This document shows positions 1 to 8,410 of a DNA stretch of 19,196 bases, one piece after another; positions within the stretch are counted from its first letter, which is position 1, and the number at the start of each line of letters is the position of its first letter. The translations under genes and the position numbers were made by a program. The stretch covers positions 1 to 19,196 of the forward strand of contig NW_021824302.1 of assembly GCF_006345805.1 (NCBI RefSeq), in the 5' to 3' direction. Origin of the DNA: Octopus sinensis. Lineage: Eukaryota. The notes under the pieces were generated by a model. It searched no databases. It was not told the origin of the DNA and worked only from the letters and a program-made list of their open reading frames with translations.

Positions 1-325
1 AAGAAAGAAAGAGATGCTGAGTCAGAGTTAAGAGAGGGTGAGAGAAAGGGTGAGAGAGGGAGAGAAAGAAAGAGCGTCTGAGATGGCAAAAAAAGGAAGG
101 AAAGAAATAAAGTCTCGTTTTCATTTTTAAGCGATAAAAATAATTTATTCCTTATAAAAAATAGAATGTCTTATAATTATAGGGGGTGTGAAAGAGGCAC
201 AGTTAAGATTTGTGTCTTTTGCTTCAGGACATTAGGGGGGATATAAATGAATTTTACTTCTGCCACGCATACCGAAAACTAGGTCATGGACTTACTCCTC
301 CGAAAACGTAACATATATTATGAAT

Positions 326-731
326 TTTTTTTTTTCTCTTGTTTCAGTCATTTTGACTGCGGCCATGCTGGAGCACCGCCTTTAATCGAGCAACTCGACC
401 CCGGGACTTATTCTTTTTGTAAGCCCAGTACGTATTCTATCGGTCTCTTTTTGCCGAACTGCTAAGTAACGGGGACATAAACACACCAGCATCGGTTGTC
501 AAGCAATGCTAGGGGGACAAACACAGACACACAAACATTAACGCACATACATATATATACATATATACGACGGGCTTCTTTCAGTTTCCGTCTACCAAAT
601 CCATTCACAAGGCTTTGGTCGGCCCGAGGCTATAGTAGAAGACACTTGCCCATGGTGCCACGCAGTGGGACTGAACCCGGAAGCATGTGGTTGGTAAACA
701 AGTTACTTACCACACAGCCACTCCTGCGCCT
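326..731 (-). mobile_element. tRNA-derived SINE, family A, full length (bipartite, internal CA/TA microsatellite)
   Basis: Minus strand begins AGGCGCAGGAG-TGGCTGTGTGG (A box) ... GGTTCAGTCCC (B box) and ends GGCGGTGCTCCAGCATGGCCGCAGTCAAAATGACTGAAACAAG plus an A-run. Colinear with 15029-15430 and 17709-18105. Possible TSD (T)ATGAAT at 319-325 and 731-737. Confidence 0.9.
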
Positions 732-779
732 ATGAATGATAATAATAACAATAAAAAGAATAATAATAGTAACGATGAT

Positions 780-993
780 GATTTAAGATTTTAGTACTAG
801 GTTAGTAATATCGAGGGAAGTTGGTTAGTCGATCATATCGATTTTAATCCTCAGTTGGTACTTATTTTATCGACTTCGAAAAGATGAAGCGCAACGTTGA
901 CCTCGACGGAATTTAAATTCAAAACGTAGACAAACGAAATGCTGCTAAAAATTTTGCCTGGCGCGCTAACAAATCTGCCAAGCTCGCCGCCTT
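780..993 (-). mobile_element. SINE family B, old diverged copy (tail type alpha)
   Basis: Aligns by eye to 1201-1428, 11372-11594 and 12455-12637 (GGTACTTATTTTATCGAC...GACCTCGACGGAATTT...GCTCGCCGCC) with many transitions. Confidence 0.8.
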
Positions 994-1200
994 GGCTCTC
1001 GTGGCTTCTGATCTTAACTGATTTATCAGTATTACTATATTATCATGTATTATCATGATTCCTGAAATCAGTCCAACTGGAACCAGCAAACGATAGACGA
1101 CAGTTGGGAGAACATCACGTTATGTATGCTGTTAACTTTGCCGCCACAACTTTTGTCTTGGTATAAAAGATGGGCTACAGCAAATATTCTGCTCAATAGC

Positions 1201-1428
1201 TATTTCTTTATTACCCACAAGGGGCTAAACATAGAGGGGACAAACAAGGGCAGACATAGGTATTAAGTCGATTACATCGACCCCAGTGCGTAACTGGTGC
1301 TTAATTTATCGACCCCAAAAGGATGAAAGGCAAAGTCGACCTCGGCGGAATTTGAACTCACAACGTAACAACAGACGAAATACCGCAAAGCATTTCGCCC
1401 GGCGTGCTAACGCTTCTCCCAGCTCGCT
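1201..1428 (-). mobile_element. SINE family B, full length (tail type beta)
   Basis: Reverse complement of 11372-11594 along its whole length, including the tail TTGTCCCCTCT...GCCCCTTGTGGG...AAAGAAATA. B-box-like GAGTTCAAATTCC present. Confidence 0.9.
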
Positions 1429-1852
1429 GATTTGCTTGTCAGTTGTTTGACCTTAACCAGTTGAGCATTCCCTTAGTGGCTAACGTTATGAACATCACTG
1501 ATCATGAGCAGAAATAGTGGGGGAGCATCATAGCCATGTATTGAGAGAAAATCTTTGGGGTTTGAATAATTCACCTTTGGGAGCACGGGTGGTTCGTTCA
1601 ACATCCTAAACAACCTTTATTCAAGGACCGTTTGAGCGGGATGGGTTACTCGACCTGAAGAAAATTCTAACTGGGCCTCACCTGCAAGGTCATGCGATGT
1701 TTATCTTGCTATGAGGTCGCCATGTCGCGCACATAAGGTTGTGATGCATGTGCCTGGTGTACCCTTATCAGACGGGTAGTTATGATGGGTATAGTGGGCT
1801 TCGTATATTTTACTCCAGTGCCACTTTGATGGCATGTGCCGCTCTCTTGCTC

Positions 1853-1921
<69 letters not shown>
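1853..1921. repeat. (AAT)23 microsatellite
   Basis: Perfect 69-bp triplet run; source of the poly-N and poly-I ORFs. Confidence 0.98.
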
Positions 1922-1924
<3 letters not shown>

Positions 1925-2297
1925 GCTAGAAGGCCTGAGAGTAAAAGTTCAGTTCTCAGACTTTTACCCATGTCCGCCATACGACTTCCTTTATCATAGA
2001 CACCTCATTGTCGAAGAGTTACCAGTTTTTTTTCTCAAAATAGTCTCTTTTACTATAGATTTGGCTGACAAGATTCGTCCCATTAGTAGTGACATTTATT
2101 CGACGTGAATCTAAAAAATTAGTAATCTACGGACATGGCATCAGTGCTGGACGGTTTTGTCCCCCTCCGTCCATTGCCTTCGAGATCGATTGCTAGTGGC
2201 TCCTTCACAACTATATCATCTGAGTTTATCCTGAACAGGTATATGTCCTGATATGTTAAACTGGCAGGTCAAGGCCTTTATGCTAATAATATCAATG

Positions 2298-2875
2298 ATT
2301 TTTTTGGGACGCTACAGAAGGACAGTTTATAATTTAAGGGGTGGGGCTGACATAAAAGATGAGAAGAAATGGTGGGGGAAATAAGATAAACGTATACGTA
2401 GCGTACAAAATATGTGAATAGATCTACAATGCAGACCTTCTGATAGAGAACTTCCAACTAGAACCAACAAAGAAACCCCACATATCCAGGGTCACCCTAC
2501 CATTAAGGGCACAATCCCTCGTTCAACTGTTGTTTTCAAATCCACAGACACATACTTAGGGTAGGGCGTTCACCTTAATCGACAGGTGCATGCTTAGAAT
2601 AGATCTATTCATCTTTTCCATTTTTACCAGTCACTCACCTTTTGATACATTCACAGGAAGTGAGTACATTCCTCTCTATCCTCACTTTCCTTTCCAAGTG
2701 GAACTTTAAAAAGTTGATAACCGTAGAAGAAATAGTCTGTCCTCAATCTTTTAGCCTCGTGCACTACCTAGCTTCTTTCGCCGTAGCCATTAGACAGAGG
2801 AAAACCACCTGCCTTGTTCAAAATGGGTGATGGGACGATCCTCACGTTGAATTCGGCCGATATCTGGGTTCGTCC
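2298..2875 (-). mobile_element. Decayed Tx1/L1-clade LINE: ORF2 C-terminus plus 3' UTR
   Basis: Minus frame from 2817 reads RQVVFLCLMATAKEAR*CTRLKD*GQTISSTVINFLKFHLERKVRIERNVLTSCECIKR*V, then shifts to KMEKMNRSILSMHL. This fits the Tx1 C-terminal pattern L..AK..W.TR...E...RW, with stops at expected Trp positions. A pyrimidine-rich UTR ends in an A7 run near 2298. Family call is from recalled consensus. Confidence 0.6.
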
Positions 2876-2937
2876 TACACACACACATACACACACACAA
2901 CACACACACACACACACAACACACACACATATATATG

Positions 2938-2984
<47 letters not shown>
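2876..2984. repeat. (CA)n-(TA)n compound microsatellite
   Basis: Seen directly; abuts the SINE A left half at the position of that family's internal microsatellite. Confidence 0.95.
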
Positions 2985-2985
<1 letters not shown>

Positions 2986-3146
2986 GATAGGTTTCTGTCA
3001 GTTTCCGTCTACCAAATCCATTCACTTTTTTGGTTAGCCCGAAGCTATAGTAGAAGTCACTTACCCAAGGTGCCACGCAGTGGAACTGATCCTGAAAGCT
3101 TGTGGTTGGGAAGCAAGCGTCTTACCACTTAACAACGCCTACGCCT
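2985..3146 (-). mobile_element. SINE family A, left half only
   Basis: Matches 568-731 (CAGTTTCCGTCTACCAAATCC...GGTGCCACGCAGTGG); the right half is absent. Confidence 0.88.
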
Positions 3147-3177
3147 CCACACAGTCACGTGTTTGAAAGTATGCATA

Positions 3178-3235
3178 TGCAAACACACACCACACACACA
3201 CCACACACACACACCACACCACACACACAACATAT

Positions 3236-3310
<75 letters not shown>
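3178..3310. repeat. (CA)n-(TA)n-(GA)n compound microsatellite
   Basis: Seen directly. Confidence 0.95.
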
Positions 3311-3507
3311 TAATGAAGAATGGAGTCGAACGACGATTAACAAATTCCTTTATTCTCGACATATGTTTCGAAGACTGCATATTCTTAATTCCGAAGGAAT
3401 AAGGGTGCATTCTCCTTCGGAATTAAGAATATGCAGTCTTCGAAACATATGTCGAGAATAAAGGAATTTTGTTAAATCGTCGTTCGACTCCATTCTTTCA
3501 TTTATCT
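3307..3507. repeat. Long near-perfect inverted repeat (fold-back), arms about 92-95 bp, 14-nt loop
   Basis: 3307-3398 is the reverse complement of 3413-3507 with no substitutions and four single-base homopolymer indels. Loop ATAAGGGTGCATTC at 3399-3412. Confidence 0.95.
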
Positions 3508-3732
3508 ATAAAAAACACACACAAATTTCCACACGAAAGCACGTGATTTCTGCCCTTGGCATGTAGCTTCAACCGTGCTTTCTGATGTAAATTTGTTACC
3601 CGGGTATCGGTTAACCGAATTATCCATACGAGGATAATTCACTCAACTACTTAAACAACTTTATATATATATATATATATATATTAATATATATATATAT
3701 ATATATATATATAGATAAGACAAACTGAGGAG

Positions 3733-4310
3733 GTGCTAGCATTGCTCAGTAAGACCTTTGTCAGCCTCTCTCCACTTATCTATTTAAAATTGCATACGAC
3801 AATGGTGCGTCCACACTTTGAATTTGCATCACCAGTCTGGAACACCTATCTTGTCCAGCATATAAAATCCCGGGAAACTGTTCAGAAACGAGCAACGAAA
3901 CGAATATCCGCCGTCAGGCATCTACCATACTCCGCATGACTTGCTTCCCTGGGCATAGATACATTGAAGCTCAGATGTCTGGCAACTGATTTGGTAGACA
4001 CCCACAAGATTATCCACCATCTTTCCAACAACAAACTTGGACACCTTTTTGAATTCCGTGTGTCAAACGCTTGCGGACATGGTTATAAAATAAAAAGACA
4101 ACACAACACCCATGACTTTCGGAAACATTTTTTCACGCTCAGAATTGCTGAAGCATGGAATAAACTACTCGCATCAGTTGTTAGCTGTCGACACACTACA
4201 TCCTTCAAAACTTCCACGCTTCCTGAAATCTGCCAACTGTACAGATGATGGCTTTTTTGTTTTTTTAGTTGTAGTGCACCTGAACATTGTACACAACAAT
4301 TTCCTTCATT
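3733..4310 (+). mobile_element. CR1-clade LINE relic: C-terminal part of ORF2 (post-RT-core region) plus short 3' UTR
   Basis: One frame, 3733-4248, with a single stop (TGA at 3937): TMVRPHFEFASPVWN...ETVQKRATKRI...LPYSA*LASLGIDTLKLR...DLVDTHKI...GHGYKI...RKHFFTLRIAEAWNKL...SFK. Matches CR1 motifs VRPHLEY..VW, VQRRATK, RGH..K, FF..R....WN.LP. Confidence 0.9.
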
Positions 4311-4315
4311 ATAAC

Positions 4316-4323
4316 ATATATGC

Positions 4324-4388
<65 letters not shown>
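4316..4388. repeat. (TA)n-(GA)n microsatellite
   Basis: Seen directly. Confidence 0.95.
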
Positions 4389-4391
<3 letters not shown>

Positions 4392-4414
4392 GGATGCGTG
4401 CGTTCCGTCATATA

Positions 4415-4845
4415 ATAAATTAAAAAATAAATAAAACATATGCATATATACATACATATATGTACGTAAGGGGAATTTTCCTTCTATTGTATGTCCTGTA
4501 CTCTATTTTTTCGTTGTTTAAGAAAAATGTCCAGTTCCTTGGTTTTGTGTCTATGTTTTCGTTTCTCATTGTGTTCGATGTTTTTTGGGTGTCCTGTACC
4601 CATATATGCATGTATATATACATGTAGAGGTAGGTACGTACATATATGTATGTATATATGCATATGTTTTATTTATTTTTTAATTTATATATACAGTATA
4701 TAATCGTTGTAAAAAAATGGTCTGTTCCATGCTTGTTTTTCCGTTTTCGTTTCTCGTTGAGTTCTACGTTTATTTGTGGTGCCCTGTACTCACGTATATA
4801 TATTTATATATGCATGTATATATACATGTAGATGTAGGTACGTAC

Positions 4846-4876
<31 letters not shown>

Positions 4877-4895
4877 CATATATTTTATTTATTAC
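4415..4895. repeat. Repeat cluster: two diverged tandem ~190-bp units plus one inverted 54-bp partial copy
   Basis: Units at about 4505-4700 and 4703-4895 share TCGTTGT..AAAAATG...TTTTCGTTTCTC...CCTGTAC...TATATGCATGTATATATACATGTAGA.GTAGGTACGTACATATATGTATG. 4415-4468 is the exact reverse complement of 4635-4688. Confidence 0.85.
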
Positions 4896-4971
4896 ACTAT
4901 TGTATCTGAGCGCCCTCGCGTCGATTCGATTCGATTCGTTCGTTTCGTTTCGTTCTTCTTCTCCAAGTACT

Positions 4972-4981
4972 GTTTATATAT

Positions 4982-5017
<36 letters not shown>

Positions 5018-5022
5018 TCCAT

Positions 5023-5058
<36 letters not shown>
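4972..5058. repeat. (TA)n microsatellite, imperfect
   Basis: Seen directly. Confidence 0.95.
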
Positions 5059-5193
5059 CTTTGATACTTTGATAGGTTTCGGCCATTATTGGCCCAGGCC
5101 ATGTCTAACTTAATAGCACCACCTGGTGAAGTCTTTCAAGTCAGAATTTGGGCACTATGGCCCCTCAAGTAGAGAGTTATTGTTTACAGAGAC

Positions 5194-5228
<35 letters not shown>

Positions 5229-5579
5229 ACATTTGCTGTAACGCGATTTACAACGCGTTGGGTTTCACTTGAACGTCAAAGCCTACATTGTCAGGTTTAG
5301 TACCTTTTATCACTGTCAGGACATAAGCACACATACACGCTCAACACATATTTATATACACGCGTACATGCGTGTATATAAATACATGAGTGTATATGAA
5401 TGAGTGTGTGCTTTGTACGCGTTGTTTATGTTCGTGTTTATCTGTGAATGTAAATACGAGTAGCAGGGCAAGATGAGATGGAAAATGATTCAATCAACAC
5501 ACAACATTGTTATAGTCCAGCTGGCGTGTTCAGGTTAATCTATTGACAATGGATCTCCAATCTATTCAGAAACACCTCC

Positions 5580-6051
5580 ACACACGAACACACACACACA
5601 TATGCATACACACATATACAGACACGCACGTACGCGCACCCACGCACGTACGCGAACCCACGCACGTACGCGACCCCACGCGCACACACACACACACACG
5701 TACATGTGAGAAAGGGGGAGAGTGAGAGAGAAAGAGATAGATAGAAAGAGAGAGAAAGAGGAAGAGAGAGAGTGTGTGTGTGTGAGAGTGTCTTTATTTC
5801 TAATTTTGTATGTGCATACACACACACACATACATACACACACACACGCACGCACACACACACACACACACGCACACACATATATATATATAATATATCG
5901 TCAGTAATTCATAAATCCGATATAAGAACGCACTCTAAAGCATTACACACATATACACACACAGACACACACACATACACACACACATAGAAACACACAA
6001 ATGCACACATACACAGACGCCGCGCGCATATATATATATATTATATATATA

Positions 6052-6092
<41 letters not shown>
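5580..6092. repeat. Mosaic of (CA)n, (GA)n, (TG)n and (TA)n with an 18-bp x3 minisatellite
   Basis: CACGCACGTACGCG(C/A)(A/C)CC at 5623-5640, 5641-5658 and 5659-5676. Confidence 0.9.
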
Positions 6093-6096
<4 letters not shown>

Positions 6097-6243
6097 GCGT
6101 TACAATGACTGCGTATGAATGTGCGTGTGTATTTGTATATGTGTGCAAAAGTGTGTAAAATTAGCGACTTCCAGCAAAATGTGAATATACAGAAGTGTCA
6201 TAAAAATTACTCTTACTGCGAATACTGCTGACGGGGAGATGGG

Positions 6244-6282
6244 GTGAGTGTTATGATTATGATGATGGTGATGGTAGTGGCG

Positions 6283-6323
<41 letters not shown>

Positions 6324-6361
6324 AATGATGATGATGATGATGATGATGATGATAATGATGA

Positions 6362-6392
<31 letters not shown>

Positions 6393-6499
6393 GATGATGA
6401 TGGCGATGATGATGATGATGGCGATGATGATGATGAAGATGATGATGATGATGGTGATGGTGGTGGCGAGGATGATGAAGATGATGATGATGATGATGA

Positions 6500-6552
<53 letters not shown>

Positions 6553-6688
6553 GATGATGATGATGATGATGATGATGATGACGATGATGATGATGATGAA
6601 GATGATGATGATGACGATGAAGATGATGATGAGTGATGATGATTATGATGATGAAGAATGAGATGATGATTGATGATGAAGATGATGA

Positions 6689-6724
<36 letters not shown>

Positions 6725-7235
6725 TGATGAAGATGATGATGATATGTATGAAGAGATGATGATGATGATGATGAGATTGAGATATGATGATGATGATGAT
6801 GAATATGATGATGATGAGGATGATGAATGATGATGATGATGATTATGATGGACGATCGATGATGATGATGATGATGATGAGATGATGATGATGACGATGA
6901 TTATGTATGATGATGATGATGAAGATGATTATTGATGACGATGACGGTGATGGTTGATGAGATGAGATGAAGATGATGATGATGATGATGATGTGATGAT
7001 GAGATGATGATGATGATGATGAGATGAATGATGATTATGAATGATGATGATGATGATGATGATGATGAGATGAAGATGAGGATGATGTATGATGATGATG
7101 ATTGATGAATATGATGATTATGATGATGGATGATGATGATGATGATGATGATGATTGATGAAGATGAGATGATGACGATGGTGATTGATGATGATGAATG
7201 ATGATGATAGATGATGATGATGATGATGATGGTGA
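6244..7235. repeat. ~1-kb (ATG/GAT)n microsatellite
   Basis: Seen directly; explains the poly-M/D ORF at 6244-6636 and the poly-H/S/I minus ORFs. Confidence 0.97.
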
Positions 7236-7361
7236 TGGTGGTGGCAGTAAATCAATAAAGACGAGAAAGTGAATGGAATTAAATATTTGAAATGCAAATA
7301 GAAAACCCGAAATAAGAAGGGTGAACCCCTCCTGAACATGTGTTTTATAACAAAGTGACAC

Positions 7362-7500
7362 GGTTGTGGTGGTGATGGTGGTGGTGGTCGTTGTCGTCGG
7401 GGTTGTGGTCGTGGTGGTAGTCATGGTGGTGGTGGTGGTGGAAGTAGTCATCGTGGTGGTGGTGGTGGTGGTGGTGTGACTGGTTGGTGGGTGTTGTCGT
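7362..7500. repeat. (GTG)n imperfect microsatellite
   Basis: Seen directly. Confidence 0.9.
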
Positions 7501-7849
7501 TGCTTTAGTCCCGGGGCAAAACCCTCATCAATCAGCGATTTATAATTAATGGTTTTCCAATCGTGACCATCCCACCTTTATTTATTTATTTTTTTTTTTT
7601 TGCCTATGTGCAGTGAAAAGCAGAGTCCCGGAATTCAACGTATTCTTTTTATATTTCTAAAACAGTTCAAAGGCGCTCCAACCTTTACCAACCTGTTTTA
7701 TTTTCAGACGTAGTATAATGAGGACTACATTTGTTGCAATCTTTGTTTAACGCAGCAGTGTACGAGTTCAGGTCGATTTGGTCCTTAATTCTAACAGGTC
7801 GAGCGACCAATTAAGAGTTTCCACTCGATCATAAAAGCATGATTGTTAT

Positions 7850-8228
7850 GTGGAAGCACTCCGTCGGTTACGACGATGAGGGTTCCGGTTGATCCGAATC
7901 AACGGAACAGCCTGCTCGTGAAATTAACGTGTAAGTGGCTGAGCACTCCACAGACACGTGTACCCTTAACGTAGTTCTCGGGGATATTCAGAGTGACACA
8001 GAGAGTGACAAGGCCGGCCCTTTGAAATACAGGTACAACAGAAACAGGAAGTAAGAGTGAGAGCAAGTTGTGGTGAAAGAGTACAGCAGGGATCACCACC
8101 ACCCCCTGCCGGAGCCTCGTGGAGCTTTAGGTGTTTTCGCTCAATAAACACTCACAACGCCCGGTCTGGGAATCGAAACCGCGATCTTATGACCGCGAGT
8201 CCGCTGCCCTAACCACTGGGCCATTGCG
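7850..8228 (-). mobile_element. tRNA-derived SINE family C, near full length
   Basis: Minus head CGCAA-TGGCCCAGTGG (A box) ... GGTTTCGATTCCC (B-box-like). About 11 differences from 16605-16990 by manual count. Confidence 0.92.
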
Positions 8229-8310
8229 ACTGTGGTACAAATAAAAGAGCGATACGGGATGCACAATAAGTATTGTTCTGAAAACACATCTAGAAAGGTA
8301 GAAAAAAATT

Positions 8311-8336
8311 ATGTGTGTGTGTATGTGTGTGTGTGT

Positions 8337-8379
<43 letters not shown>

Positions 8380-8410
8380 GTGTGTGTGTGTGTGTGTGTC
8401 TGTGAGTGTG
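8311..8410. repeat. (TG)n microsatellite
   Basis: Seen directly. Confidence 0.95.

Larger units (their letters stand above)
994..1921 (+). mobile_element. Probable non-coding 3' end of a LINE terminating in (AAT)n, interrupted by a SINE B insertion
   Basis: Complex sequence runs directly into (AAT)23. I recall it as an abundant octopus repeat in which ...CTGCTCAATA joins ...GATTTGCTTGTC across the SINE. There is no second copy in the window to confirm this. Confidence 0.4.

Noticed and set aside
216-310. TTTTGCTTCAG followed by an open frame DIRGDINEFYFCHAYRKLG as a candidate exon
   Set aside because: No good donor, a stop within 28 codons and an unrecognised peptide.
496-735. ORFs recurring at 496, 15185 and 17882, and at 7899 and 16655, that look like paralogous proteins
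   Set aside because: They are incidental antisense or sense frames of SINE A and SINE C copies.
2231-2639. Minus-strand intron model from donor AAG|GTGAGT (2639) to AG (2231), which joins in frame
   Set aside because: The upstream 'exon' is the Tx1 relic and the donor arises from a mutated Trp codon; there is no independent support.
3536-3640. Small hairpins AAAGCACG/CGTGCTTT and GAATTATCC/GGATAATTC
   Set aside because: Stems of 8-9 bp are expected by chance at this scale; no functional context.
5081-5110. Minus-strand GGCC-AATAAT-GGCC-GAAAC resembling hammerhead helix II plus GAAA
   Set aside because: No CUGANGA upstream and no NUH or helix III downstream.
6244-6636. Poly-Met/poly-Asp ORF as an acidic or biomineral-type protein
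   Set aside because: Pure (ATG)n with a frame switch inside the repeat; no complex coding sequence or splice context.
7495-7591. Short segment ending in a T-run that I recall as an octopus repeat end; also a T-run plus GCAG acceptor at about 7613
   Set aside because: Single degenerate copy that cannot be supported from the window; the downstream frame is unrecognised and has no donor.
7778-7815. Second interleaved inverted-repeat pattern (TTGGTC/GACCAA, CTTAA/TTAAG)
   Set aside because: Only 5-6-bp stems; chance level.
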